Assembly: GCF_018350175.1 (NCBI RefSeq) | Contig: NC_058383.1 | Location: 7,132,001 to 7,196,000, forward strand | DNA: 64,000 nucleotides | Source of the DNA: Felis catus | Lineage: Eukaryota | Reading direction: 5' to 3' | Translations under genes and position numbers: made by a program | Notes under the pieces: model-generated | What the model was told of the DNA's origin: nothing | What the model saw: only the letters and a program-made list of their open reading frames with translations | The model's database searches: none | Part shown: positions 39,229 through 52,234 of the stretch, in pieces | How positions within the stretch are numbered: the first letter of the stretch is position 1 | Layout: the number at the start of each line of letters is the position of its first letter

Positions 39229-39610
39229 TGAAGGGGTGCAGAATGAGACACCCCAAAATGTGCCACTTTGGCATAAAGATTATTCCAAGTTAAAATTAAT
39301 AAAAACCCAGCAGATGCAGAAAAAGCACTCTGCCTCCCCCATAACCGTGTAAATTCACACTGGGCAGAGTATTAACAGCCACCCTCCCAACCTTTACCAA
39401 TGGAGTTCATGTGCCCAAAAGAGCCATCTAGTTTTTCCAAACATCTCCTTTCACCTTCTTGCTGTTGACTTTTCTCCCCTTTGTGTCCTCACACCCCTAC
39501 CTCTTTCCTGAGCTCATATAAGCTTCATGTGGCCTCCCTGTCTTCAGAATTTCCTATCTGTGTGGATTCCCCATAAGTATACCTATTAAATTTGATTTTG
39601 TCTTGTTTAA
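39229..39610 (+). mobile_element. ERV1-class LTR (MER34-like)
   Basis: Starts TGAAGGGG..CACCCCAAAATGTGCCACTTTGGCATAA; CATATAAG and ATTAAA near the 3' end. Confidence 0.7.
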
Positions 39611-40154
39611 AAAAAATAAAATAAAACCGCCAAACAACAACAAAACAAAAAAAAAAGCGGTGGGGAGTGGTTTAAGAAATGCAAAAGAGTCCTTTTCCAT
39701 AGGAGCTAAAATGTCTTTTTTAGGTTTTGAGAACAGTTTGATCTATAACCTGAGTACAGCCATGTATGTTCCTCTTTAGAAAAATCCTGGAGCCCTTTTG
39801 GGGCACCTGGCTGGCTCAGTCAGCAGAGCATGTGACTCTTGATCTGGGGGTTGTAAGTTCAAGCATGCTGGGTGTAGAGATTATCTAAAAATAAAATCTT
39901 TTTTTTTAATGTTTATTTATTGGGGGGGGGGCAGAGAGAGAGGGAGACAAAGGATCTGAAGTGGGCTCTGTGCTGAAAGCAGAGAGCCCAACACGGGGCT
40001 CAAATTCACAGACCATGAGATCATGACCTGAAACTAAGTCAGACAGTTAACCGATTGAGCCACCCACCCAGGCACCCCCAAAATAAAATATTTTTAAGTT
40101 TTTTTTTAAGTTTCTGTATTTATTTTGAAGGAGAGGGAGCACAAGTGGGGGAGG

Positions 40155-40213
<59 letters not shown>

Positions 40214-42539
40214 TCCCAATCAGGCTCTGCACTGTCAGCACAGAGCCCCATGCAGGGCTCGAACCCATGAACTGTAAGGTCATGACCTGAGCTGAAATCA
40301 AAAGTCGGACGCTCAACTGATTGAGCCACCTGGATGCCCCATAAAATATTTTTTTAAAAATAGGAAAAAGATAAATCCTGGAGCTCTTTCTTCTTGCTCC
40401 ACAATGGCCTGGCTGCTGTCCCAGCTGCCCCATACCTGTCACCTCAGGACACCTGTCTCCCATCAGCAGCACCCCAGGGAGCCCTGGACCCAGACCCAGC
40501 CCCACCCCATGCTGGGTCTCCTACTGCTGCCAGATCCCATTTCTCTCTCTCTTTCTCTCTCTCTTTTAATGTTTGTTTAATTTTGAGAGATAGAGACAGA
40601 GCACAAGCAGGGGAGGAGCAGAGAGAGGGGGAGACACAGAATCCGAGGCAGGCTCCAGGTTCTGAGCTGTCAGCACAGAGCCCGATGTGGGGCTCGAACT
40701 CTGGACCAGCAAGATCATGGCTCAAGCCAAAGTCAGACATTTAACTGACTGAGACACCCAGGCGCCCCCCTCCCCCACCCCGCCAATTTCTCTCATGAGT
40801 ACACCTTCTTTGGCTGACACACATCCTTCCATAAACTTCCTGAGACAGTGTGCCCATAGAGTAAATATTTTGAGACTTTGCATAACTGAAACTTCCCTTT
40901 TGCTGTCCTCGTTACTCTTTCTTTAGTTTGGGTATAAAATTCTAGTTTTGATATTATTCTTCCTTGGAATTTTGTCTTCTAATTTTCAGTGTTGCCGTTA
41001 AGAAATCAGGAGCAGGGGCACCTGGGTGGCTCACTCGGTTAATCAGACTCTTGATTTTGGCTCGGGTCGTAAGATCAAACTCTGCATGGGGCTCTGTGCT
41101 GGGTGCCTACTTGGGATTCTGAGTCTTAGTCCTTTAGATGAGACCTCTTTTGTTTGTTTCTGGATACTTTGGGGTAGCAAATTTCACATCGATGAGGTTT
41201 TGTTTCTTCCTTTCCCAAATTCCTTCTTGCTAAGCATTCAGCAGGCTGTACGTGTTCTGTATTTCTGTGACATTTCCCTACTCTCTTTTGTTGATGATTC
41301 CCCCCCACTTCACTTTATTCTCTCTCCAAAATTCCTGAAATTCAGCTGTGGAACCTCCTGGGTTGACTTTCTAATTTCCACATGTTTTTCACTCACATTC
41401 TCAGTATATGTGCTGAAGAGAGGGCTCACTCATGTTTTCAATCTCTTTGTCTTTTTGTTCTATTTGCTGGCGTATTTCCTTAACCTTCTTCCTCTCTCTT
41501 TTTTTAAGATTTTATTTTTTTATTAAAAATGTTCAGGGGTGCCTGGGTGGCACAGTCGGTTGAGCGTCCGACTTCAGCACAGGTCACGATCTCACGGTTC
41601 GTGAGGTTGAGCCCCGCATCAGGCTCTGGGCTGATGGCTCAGAGCCTGGAGCCTGCTTCGGATTCTGTGTGTGTCTCTCTCTCTCTGCCCCTCCCCCATT
41701 CATGCTCTGTCTCTCTGTCTCAAAAATAAATAAACATTAAAAAAAATTTTTTTTTAATGTTTAATGTTTATTTATTTTTGAGAGAGACAAAGACACAGAG
41801 CGTGAGCAGGGGAGGGGCAGAGAGAGGGAGACACAGAATCTGAAGCAGGCTCCAGGCTCCAAGCTGTCAGCACAGAGCCCAACATGGGGCTCAAACTCAT
41901 GGACCGTGAGATCGTGACCTGATCCGAAGTCGGAGGCTTAACCAACTGAGTCACCCAGGTACCCCTTAAGATTTTACTTGAGCCACCCAGGTACCCATTA
42001 AGATTTTATTTGTAAGTAATCTCTACATACAACCTAGGGCTCAAACTCACAACCCCGAGATCAAGAGCTGCACACTCCACCTACTGAGCTAGCCAGGCGT
42101 CCCCTTAACCTTCTCTTCTAATGAACTTAACATTTTTGCACTAAGGTTATTTCCAACCAAGATACTCTTTCTGTTTTCTGACTGTTCCTTTTTTAGAGCA
42201 TCCTGCATTTTTTCTTTTTAACGTTTATTTTATTTTTGAGACAGAGAGAGACAGAGCATGAACGGGGGAGGGGCAGAGAGAGAGGGAGACACAGAACCGG
42301 AAGCAGGTTCCAGGCTCCGAGCCATCAGCCCAGAGCCCCGGGCTCGAACTCACGGACCGCGAGATCGTGACCTGAGCTGAAGTCGGTCGCTTAACCGACT
42401 GCGCCACCTAGGCGCCCCAGCATCCTGCAATTTCTTCTCCTATCTCTGCAGACATTAACCGCAGAGGTTGTTTGATTCAATGTTTCCTTCTGCTCCCTCA
42501 TTATCACGGTTTCCTGGTCTTTCTCTTGCTGTGCCAGCT

Positions 42540-43030
42540 GTTACATCAATAAGCTAAAGATGGCCCCTGTGTTGTTTACTTCACAGCAGGCTCAAAGCCC
42601 ACCGGTGCTAAACTCAAATTCTTACACATCCTATTGCTTTAAATATAGCCCGCACAAGCATATTTTTAGCCATGTAGGGCCTGCCTGCTTTGTAAAACTG
42701 CACCCAACATCAGCTAGCCATGGATAAGACAAACCCAGGGGCTATAAAAAGCCACCAGGTCAATGCTGCTCTTAGGGGATTCTGACCCAGAATCTCCCCA
42801 CCGTGCTGCTGAGCAGTGTCACCTAGACATGCAAGTCCTCTGTCCTAGACCCCTCTCTCCTGAGTGGTCCTTTGCCTTACTCCCCCTCGGGGGGCTGTCA
42901 CTGTCTCTGTAAGGCCCCTTTCATGCAATCCTGTGCAAGCTCCACCCAGTAAAACATGTGGTGCAACATTGCCATGTCTCTGTCCTGTGTTTCTTGATGG
43001 GTCCCAAAACCTGGACCTCACCACACCTAG
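42540..43030 (+). mobile_element. Solo ERV LTR
   Basis: TG start, TATA-like CTATAAAAA at ~42743, AGTAAA polyA-like signal; family not assigned. Confidence 0.6.
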
Positions 43031-43637
43031 CCTTAAGATAGGGCTTTCCTGGGGTACCTGGCTGGCTCAGTTGGAAGAGCATGCGACTCTTGATCTCAGG
43101 GTTGTGAGTTGAGCCCCGTGTTGGGTGTGGAGTTTACTTAAAAATTAAATCTTTAAAAAAAGATGATAAGGGCTTCCCTCAAACATCTTGGCTCTCCATT
43201 CACACGTCAGTGCGGGACTCTGGGAAGCTCCGTGGAAGGCTCTGCACGTGGGCAGGATTTGTCCACAATGAGCTTCCCTTAGAGGGCCTGGTGGGAACTA
43301 GACTTGACTGTCAGCGTCTAGATCTTGTCTCTTGGTTAGTGTCTCCAGGGGAAAACCCTCCAACCTCCCTCCTGAGGAGCCCAAGCCTGACTACCAGCAC
43401 TCTGGAGGGGGAGGAAAGGACTTGACTTTTGAAGGGTTCGGCAGAGGAGGCCAGGTCTGACTACTCCTTCACTGACCACAACCTACCTCCTCCGGTCTGA
43501 GAGCCCACACCCCTCAGGCTACCAACCAGACCTAACTGGCCCTGGGGACCCCAGGCACAACTGAGATGAGGGAGTCAATAAGTATGTACCTCCAGAATGG
43601 TGATGCCCTCCCCCCAAGCACATGCTTTTTCCTAGAA

Positions 43638-44000
43638 CAGGAGATAGCAAACTTCTTTTTTTTTTTTTTTTTTTTTTTCTTTTTTGGAAAGGGCCAGATG
43701 GTAAATATTTTAGGCTTTTCGGGACACATGGTTGATGTCACAACTACTCAACTCTGCCACCGTAGCACAGAAGCAACCACAGACTCTATGTAAATGAAGG
43801 CATGTGGCTGCATTCCAAAATCACTTTATTTATGGACACTCAAATTTGAATTTAACGTGATTTTCACATGTCACAAACAATTCTTCTTTTTATTTTTTTT
43901 TCCCAACAGTGTAAACACATAAAATTCTTAGATCTCTGGCTGTACAAAAGCAAGTGGCAAGCTGCGTTCGACCCAGCGGCAGAAGCGTATGAATCCCCTT
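43638..44000 (+). mobile_element. MER58-type hAT MITE
   Basis: GCAAACT..GGGCCAGATGGTAAATATTTTAGGCTTT..CAACTACTCAACTCTGCC..CTTTATTTATGGACACT. Confidence 0.85.
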
Positions 44001-44177
44001 CCTGGAATATGATGGTCTAGAGATGCCTGTCAAAATCCTCTGAAGCTGTCTTCCCCTTCCCCTTAGCAAAGCCTCCCAGCACTCATTTTTGCCTGTAGGT
44101 ATAAGGGCTGCAGGTCCTCTCCCTCCCTCATGCAGCCTCCAAAATGTGCCATGGAAATTTAGACACTTAGGAATTGC

Positions 44178-44430
44178 CTTGGAACAGAACTGGTGGTAAC
44201 AGCGACTCTAGGATTTGCTGCCAGTTTCTCCCCCCCGCCCCGCGGGTGGAACAAGTTGTTGATTGTTCTCTTTCCCTGGATTTTAACCAAGGTGATAAAT
44301 GAGTCCCTGAGGAAGAGATCTCGGGGAAAGGTGGGTGCTCGGAGCCAGAGCCCTGACTCCCAGGCCTTGCGCTCATCTGCGTCAGAACCTCTGTTTCCAG
44401 CAATAAAGGCTGTTCTAAGTGGTCCAGGAC
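44178..44430 (-). pseudogene. Decayed gene, candidate exon H
   Basis: GCAG| open phase-1 frame PGPLRTAFIAG..RDLFLRDSFITLVKIQGKRTINNLF..; donor AAG|GCAATT (GC). Confidence 0.4.
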
Positions 44431-45733
44431 CTGCCTAGTCTCCGCTTTCACATCAAGGAAAGAAGTCCTGCCTTTCTTAGTTGCAGGGGCTGAATGGGGG
44501 GTTGGCAAAGAGAAGACCTACTTCCCCCACGTCACATGCGTCTTGGCGCGTCAGCTCTGCCAGCCGGTCTCGCTTTCTTTATCTCTAAAGTGGCGACAGT
44601 CGTTCCCACCTCAATGGGTAGTTGGGTGGACTGATAAATTAACATTACCAAAGTCTCTGTCACATCGAGGGGCTCCACATATGGCAATTAGTATAATTCT
44701 AATTTATCCAGGCAGGAAACTCAAGAGAGGTTAAGGTATCACCATCCAGAGAGCACACAGCTCATTCATTAGGGGTGGAGGCAGGAGTAGTTTGTTTTTC
44801 AACTCCCAAACTAATATTCTTTCTTCTATCCTGCGCTGCTTTTTTCTTTAAAGTTTACTTATTTTGGAGGGGGGTGCGGGAAGATCCGGGGAGAGAATCC
44901 CAGTGCAGAGTTCGAACTCATGAACCATGAGATCATGAGAACCTCTGAGCTGAAATCAAGAGTCAAAGGCTCAATCCACTGAGCCACCCCCATCCTGCAC
45001 TGCTTTAAGAGGGGAGCTTAGTCCTTTTTATTTTTTTTTAAGTTATTTATTTATTTATTTATTTTTTGAGAGAGCAAGAGCGAGTACAAGAGGGGCAGAG
45101 AGAGAAAGAGAAAGAAAATCCCAAGCAGGCCCTGCACTGTCAGTGTGGTGCCCAGTGAGGGGCTTGAACTCATCAACTGTGAGATCATGACCTGAATTGA
45201 AATCAAGACTGAACCGCCCAGGCTCAGTCCTTTTTTTTTTTTTAACCACACCTGAAATGCTACAGTAAGGAAGGTGTTGGGGCTGGGGGATATTAGCTCT
45301 GTTGCCTCCCTTAATTTCAGCCCCCGGGTTTGTGCTGCAGGTGACAGACCCTCTCCTCTGGGGGTTAGACACAGCAAAGCTGCGCCATCAAATGGCACAG
45401 GGGATGTTGTGGGCACCGCCCCTTGGCCGCCCCCAGGACCCCCGGCTCCACCCTGGCCCCCTCCCAGCGCAGGCTCCCTTCCTCTGGGCTGAGCCACTCC
45501 ACTGGACAGTTACAAAGATTCTTTGTAATTTGTTTGCACCGGGAGGAGTGAGAGGAGGGCCCTGGCTATACTCAAACCACATGGGCTGCCAGCCCTGTTT
45601 ACACAGAGAAGGAGCCAAGACAGATGACCCTGTGGCTTGGGGGCCCTGACTGAAAACACAGCCCAAGCCTGTGGATCAGCCTCTCTGTTTCTGGGCTACA
45701 CCACACAGAAGCAGCATGGAGGCACCTCTTTAC

Positions 45734-45913
45734 CCAGGGAGGCCTGTTTACTCGGCTGGGTGAGAGGTGTTTGCACAGGAAGGGAGGTGGCAATAGCCAT
45801 CTGGCTGTTCTCTGGCTGAGCAGGAGAGCATTTGCAGGTCAGGCACTGTCTGTGTTTCAGGGCCTCTGGGGAGGCAGCCCCTGACAGTGGGCTTGCTGGG
45901 ATGAGTGTCTCTT
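45734..45913 (-). pseudogene. Decayed gene, candidate exon G
   Basis: 180 nt, phase 1-1, fully open (ETLIPASPLSG..QCLTCKC..KQASL), AAG| and G|GTAAAG. Confidence 0.45.
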
Positions 45914-47889
45914 CTTTCAGAGTGAATGTGGACAATTTGGAAAAAAATGTTTAAAAAAAAATATTGTTATTTTTTTTTTCCTTTAATCCAGACCCACACC
46001 AAATAAATTGTCCAGGATCTTTCCCCCAGCCATAGTTTGCAAGGTAGGGCGAAATGCAGTTTTCAGCATTTAAAGAATGGTGAGGTTTGCCACTTATTAG
46101 GTACATTGTGGTTTAAAAAGCATTGCCGGGGGTGCCTCAGTTGGTACAGCATGCAACTCTTAATCTTGGGGTTGTGAGTTTGAGCCCTATGTTGGGTGTA
46201 GAGATCACTCAAAAAATAAATTAAAAAAAAAAATTGAGGGGCGCCTGGGTGGCTCAATCGGTTAAGCATCCGACTTCAGCTCAGGTCATGATCTCGCGGT
46301 CCGTGAGTTCGAGCCCCGCGTCGGGCTCTGTGCTGACAGCTCAGAGCCTGGAGCCTGTTTCGGATTCTGTGTCTCCCTCTCTCTCTGACCCTCCCCCACT
46401 CATGCTCTGTCTCTCTCTGTCTCAAAAATAAATAAACGTTAAAAAAAATTTTTTAATAATAATAATTGATAAAGTTTGTCATATCTATCTACCAGTCTGC
46501 ATGATCCTCAAGACAGTGGAGTGGGTAGCCATGGCCAGAATCATCCCTATTTCACAGATAAGGAGTAGACGGTTTGAAAGGTCAAGTTGCTTGCACAAAA
46601 CCACACACCCAGTAAGAGGCAGAAGCCAAGTGACTCCAGTTTGCATGTTCTTTTTTCATGGAGTCCCCTTACCTCCCCATCTGGCTGTAAAGAGAGATAC
46701 ACAGAGAGCTTATTCCAACATGTAACCACCTCACCACAGTGGCTTCTGGGAGACAGCCTTGCACCTCGGTGACGTGGCGGAACCCACAGGGGATGAGGCG
46801 CTGAGCCTCAAGGGTACTATGCAGGGACCATGGACCGGTCCCTGGGTATCCCTGATGGGGCATTCGCTGGGCTCCAGTGAATGGAGAGGCTGGGGACCAA
46901 CTGCGTGAAGTCATGTGTAACATACACACTGTACTGCCACCAGTGAAGTCATGGAGGCAAAGGAGGGAGTTACAGAATCACTGAAACTTTCCTCCAAGCT
47001 CCTTCACCGCCGTCTCCTCTTGGGCTGTAGCTTGCTGCATCCAAACGGGCAATGTGTCTCCCTGAAGCCACTGCCTGGGTTCCACCTACCATCCTCGATG
47101 CTTCTTCCTGGCTCATTAGCCTCCCTTTGATAACCCCAAACACCAACCACCCAAGTGGGCGTCATGCCCAGCTTCCCCCTTTCTCTCTTCACCTCTGTCC
47201 CTTAAGTCCTGCCCAATGCAAATTGCTGTGACCTGTGTGACTGATTAAAACTTCTCAGCTCTGTTTCCACCACCCTTAGCCCAGCCCCTGCAACTGACCG
47301 GGCCACCACACTCAACTCCTGGTCTTTTCTTTCCTGCCATGATCAAATCCTGGCTCTTCTCTCTTCTTGCCGATCTATCCTTCAGTGACCACCCTTCTAT
47401 AATGACCAATGTGTTGCTGTGTTTTGCAGCAAAGTACTCTTGCATACGTACATGCTGACATACTTTCACACAGAGCCCCATTCTGAAGTTAGCTCCCCCT
47501 CCCCACCAGATCTCTGTTCATCTGCTGCCTAAACTGCATAAAATGTTTGGTTTTCTTTTGGTCTTCGTGTCCAAGGCATCTGAAGTCTGCCTGCCATTGT
47601 TCTTTCAACCAACCTGCCTTTCCTTACTTTCCTGATAAAATGCTATTTGTAAGTTTTCAAGTGTTCTTCCTATTGCAAAGTCCTCTAGAAATTCCAATTA
47701 GCCCTCTACTGTGTCCTTCCTTATTCTCTCTTGACATTCAGTGCCTGTCATAGATTGTTGAAATCAGACTGTGACTCCTGGAACTGGAAGCTTTAAGGAC
47801 CACGTGGTCATGAATGACAGTTCACTCCATGGCCAGCCACCCATGCTGCCTGGACGTGTCTATACATCCACAACGTGTTTCTTTAAAAA

Positions 47890-48103
47890 AATTTTTTTTT
47901 CAACGTTTATTTATTTTTGGGACAGAGAGAGACAGAGCATGAACGGGGGAGGGGCAGAGAGAGAGGGAGACACAGAATCGGAAACAGGCTCCAGGCTCTG
48001 AGCCATCAGCCCAGAGCCCGACGCGGGGCTCGAACTCACAGACCGCGAGATCGTGACCTGGCTGAAGTCGGACGCTTAACCGACTGCGCCACCCAGGCGC
48101 CCC
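47890..48103 (-). mobile_element. Young cat-type CAN-SINE
   Basis: TSD CAAC(G/A)TGTTTCTTTA. Confidence 0.95.
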
Positions 48104-48282
48104 CACAACATGTTTCTTTACGCTGCAATTCTCTTGCAGTGATGAGGATCCTCCTCCTTTACACGCTACTCAGATGTTTAGAGGAAGCTCTGGGGTTAGT
48201 TCAGCTGCTCCCCAGGTTCTGGCCCAGCTCTGAGATCCATCTCTGTGCCATATATCTCTCTCCTCTGCCATTTGGCCTTTAC

Positions 48283-48619
48283 CAAAGGCAATCTGGGGGA
48301 GGCACTGCTATAAATGACTCTCAATTTGCCAGTGATTGACACTCCAATGATCAGAGAAGTCTTAGTAACATGTTGTAAGGTTGAGTCCCAGAATTTCAAA
48401 GAAGGTCATGCAAAATTTGCATATGAATTGGGCGAATGAAAGCAAGACCTGGGAACACAGCCCAGTGGTATCACTGTCTTCTTGACTTTGGTTCTTAAAA
48501 GGTGAGGAAGGCCACCCTGTCCTGGCTGGATGCCTGTCAGAGCCACTGGAGTTGTACCGAGCTCTCCTATATATCCCTGGCAACTTTGTGTGCTGTATGT
48601 AGACAGAGATGCCTGGGCA
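48283..48619 (-). pseudogene. Decayed gene, candidate exon E
   Basis: Acceptor GTCAG|; about 100 codons with one TGA (YIGELGTTPVALTG..YANFA*PSLKFWDSTLQHVTKTSLIIGVSITGKLRVIYSSASPRLPL); donor |GTAAAG. Confidence 0.5.
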
Positions 48620-49204
48620 CTGACATACAGGCAGGAAAGAGCTGGCAGATGGGCCTACACGTGCAGCCTAAGTCCATGGATCATTCAACAGCCCAGAGCC
48701 CTGAACTCATCTTGTGTCCCATGTGAGTGAGTCCAAATATATAATCACCATAACAATGGCATTACTAGTTAACCACAATAGTTCACGGCATGCCAGGCAC
48801 CTCACCAGTGGCTTTATACCAGTCAACTCAACTAGAGCCTCATGACCACCTGATGGAGTGGATGCTGTTATAATCCCAGTTTTACAGAGAAACTGAAGCC
48901 CCAAGAGGTTACATAACTAGACTGAGAGTGCATAGTACACTCAAGGTTAGAACCAAGGCCATCTGAATCCTATAGTGACCTTCCAGAGTGATCTCTGCTG
49001 AGATCCAGTGATCATATCCTTCCCTGATGTGAATAGGCCTGTAAACAGGGGGGGAGTTCACTTGTAGGAAGATCATCAATAGTCCCAGCTGAGCAGAACC
49101 AAGCTGGACTTGACTTCCTCTTCCCTCTGGTCACCTTGCTACAATTCAACCACTGTTTTAAGCTTTATGCTTAAACAAGAATCCCTATGTTTAAAATTTA
49201 AAAC

Positions 49205-49855
49205 TAACTCTAAAAGATATCTACACCCCCACATTCATTTCAACATTATTTACAATAACCAAGACATGGAAATAACTTAAGTGTCCACAGGTGGATGAAT
49301 GGATAAAGAAAATGTAATGAGAGAGAGACAGACAGACAGTCAGATAGACACAGTGGGATACTATTCAGGCATTAAAAAGGATGAAATCTTGCCATTTGGG
49401 ACAACATGGATGAACCTCGGGGGCGTTATGCTAAGTGAAATAAATCAGACAGAGAAAGACAAATAGCATATGTATGATCTCACTTCTGTGTGGAATCTAG
49501 GGGGTGGGAAGTTCATAAGTACAGAGAACAGATTGGTGGTTGCCAGAGAGGGGCAAAGCAGGGGGTTGAGCAAAATGGGTGAAGGGGATCGATGGTACAG
49601 GCTTCGAGTTATAAATAAGTCATGGGGACATGATGGACAGCATGGCAACTATAATTGCACTATACTGACTATTTCAAAGTTGCTGAGAGAGTAGATCTTA
49701 AAAGTTCTCATCACAAGAAAAAAAAATTGTAACTATGGTGACAGATGTTAGACAGGCTTATTAGTGTGATCACATTGCAATATATACCTATATCAAATCA
49801 TTATGTTGCACACCTGAAACTAATATAATGTCCTATGTCAATTATATCTCAAAGA
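49205..49855 (+). mobile_element. LINE-1 3' end
   Basis: GATGAATGGATAAAGAAAATGT..GACAACATGGATGAACCT..AGTAGATCTTAAAAGTTCTCATCAC. Confidence 0.9.
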
Positions 49856-49954
49856 TTACTTAAGGACAGGGGCTGGCTCAGTTGGTGGAGTGTGTGACTC
49901 TTGGTGTTGGGGTTGTAAGTTTGAGATTACTTTTTTTTAAGTTTATTTATTTAT

Positions 49955-50009
<55 letters not shown>

Positions 50010-51029
50010 CAGCAGGGGAGGGGCAGAGAAAGAAGGGACAGACGATCTGAAGCATGAAGCAGGCTCTGTGCTGAAAGCGGTGAGCCTGATGCGGGGCTTG
50101 ATTCACAAGCCATGAGATCATGACCTGAGCTGAAGTTGGACACTTAACCGACTGGGCCACCCAGGTGCCCCTGGGTGTAGAGATCAGTCAAAAATAAAAT
50201 CTAAAAAAAAAAAAAAAAAAGTCACTGGGTGAGCCCTAATCCAATAGGACTGGGCTCCTTAAAAGAAGAGGACATTAGGGGGTGCCTGGGTGGCTCAGTC
50301 ATTTGAGCATCTGACTTCAGCTCAGGTCATGATCTCATGGTTCGTGGGTTCGAGCCCTGCTTCAGGCTCTGTGCTGAACGCTTCCTCAGAGCCTGGAGCC
50401 TGCTTCAGATTCTGTGTCTCCCTCTCTCTCTGCCCCTCTCCCGCTCTCTCCCTCTCAGAAATAAATAAACATTAAAAAATTAAAAAAGAAAGAAAGAAAG
50501 AAGAGGACATGAGGACACAGACACACAAGGGAAGGCCATGTGAAGACAGATGGACAGGAAAGACAGAAGACAGGCATCTATAAGCCAAGGAATGAATCCT
50601 GTTGACATCTTGATCTTGGATTTCTAGTCTCCAGACTTTATATGATGCATGTCTGTTGTTGAAGCTGCCCAGTTCATGGTACTTTGTGGTGTTTTGTTTT
50701 GTCTTGTTTTGTTTACTGTTTATTTATTTTTGAGAAAGAGAGAGACAGAGCACAAGTGGGGGAGGGGCAGAGAGAGAGGGAGACACAGAATCCGAAGCAG
50801 GTTCCAGACTCCGAGCTGTCAGCACAGAGCCTGATGTGGGGCTCGAACCCATAGAACCGTGAGATCATGACCTGAGCCAAAGTTGGATGCTTAACCGACT
50901 GAGACCCAGACACCCCCACACCTACCCATGGTACTTTGTCATGGCACCCCAGCAGACTAACACAGTCTCTCTCAGAAGCTCCCCATTCAGCCTAAGCTGA
51001 CCTTGAACTTCTGGCAGAACCCTAGGGGA

Positions 51030-51460
51030 GAAGCTTCCGTTGCCCCTTTCCCGTGTTGCTAACCCTCCTGCCCTGCACTCTGGCTTGTTCTGGTGCCCAG
51101 AAGGCAAGGCCCTGCACCCAGGTAGCCTGATCATTGTGGAGGTAGGTCACTTCATGGTCCACTTCATGTGGACCTCTCACTTCATGTTCGGACTCTGTGC
51201 TGCTGTCCACGGAGCCCAAGAGCTGCTCAACTGTTACTGAACCACATTCTTGGCTCATTTGGAGTTTACAGTCCATGGAGAGCCCCGAGCCTTGTTCACC
51301 ACTATTGCTGTCAAAAAGCCACATCTTCCACATCCAGTCCTTTCTGACTTATTTTTTCCAGGCTGATGTTCCATCTCGGATGGTGGCCACAGGGGTGTGT
51401 TGTAGACTTTTCCATCTGGATGCAGAACGTTTGGCTCTGTTAGATTTTAACTCACCCATT
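51030..51460 (-). mobile_element. Ancient CR1/L3 LINE reverse-transcriptase C-terminal remnant
   Basis: DCKLQMSQECG..LLGSVDSS..FWAPEQARVQGRR resembles the CR1 pattern KLNMSQQC..LGCINR..QFWAP..LERVQRR. Confidence 0.65.
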
Positions 51461-51996
51461 CCCTATTTGGGGTGTGGGTGTAGGGCTTGCTTTTCCACCT
51501 TCAACACGCAAGTTAACACTGTTAGCCTCGGTCATACACAAATCTAACTTTCTGTCACCAACATTCCTATATATAACATTGGTAAGACAGGAAACAGTTC
51601 GTATAAAGCATATATAAGAGGATCCCGTTGAATAGGAAACAGGGCGGAACCCAGTAGTAGCTGCTCTGGAGGGTGCATTCAAAGTTGCTGTGAATTTGTA
51701 AGGGGCGCCTGGGTGGCTCAGTCGGTTAAGCATCCAGCTTCAGTTCGGGTCATGATCTCATGGTTCACGAGTTTGAGCCCCGTGTCAGGCTCTGTGCTGC
51801 TGGCTCAGAGTCTGGAGCCTGCTTCAGATTCTGGGCCCCCCTCGCCTTCTTCCCCTCCCCCACTAGTGCTCTGTCTCTCTCTCTCTCTCGAAAATACATA
51901 AAACATTAATTTCTTTTTAAGTTGCTGTGGATTTGCCAATATAACTTGGGTCTGGTTATTCAACCAACTAAAAACCCCATCCGATTCTGCCCTTAC

Positions 51997-52234
51997 CTGC
52001 CTCCCGTTCATTTTGCAAGCACTCACGGAGGGCTTGTCCCCTTGGAATAAGATCCATAAACACACTATCTTCTCTATAAAAGCAGAATCTCCAGGTATTT
52101 TTCCTTTGTACCCTGCTCGAGCCTCTTCATTTTCGTGTTCCGAGATGTAATCATCAAGCCTGTTTTACTCCAGGCACGCCATCTATAATTTTCCAGACTT
52201 GCAAGTCTTAAATATACATCCTCCTGGACTTCCC
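51997..52234 (-). pseudogene. Decayed gene, candidate exon D
   Basis: EVQEDVYLRLASLENYRWRAWSKTGLMITSRNTKMKRLEQGTKEKYLEILL / 1-nt shift / YREDSVFMDLIPRGQALRECLQNEREA, consensus donor CAG|GTAAGG. Confidence 0.6.

Noticed and set aside
38807..39274. 155-aa ORF read as a stand-alone gene
   Set aside because: Its start lies inside an LTR and its tail runs past a donor-like site; only the central part is kept, as a fossil exon.
51022..51333. 103-aa minus-strand ORF read as an exon of the decayed gene
   Set aside because: Better explained as a CR1/L3 reverse-transcriptase remnant.
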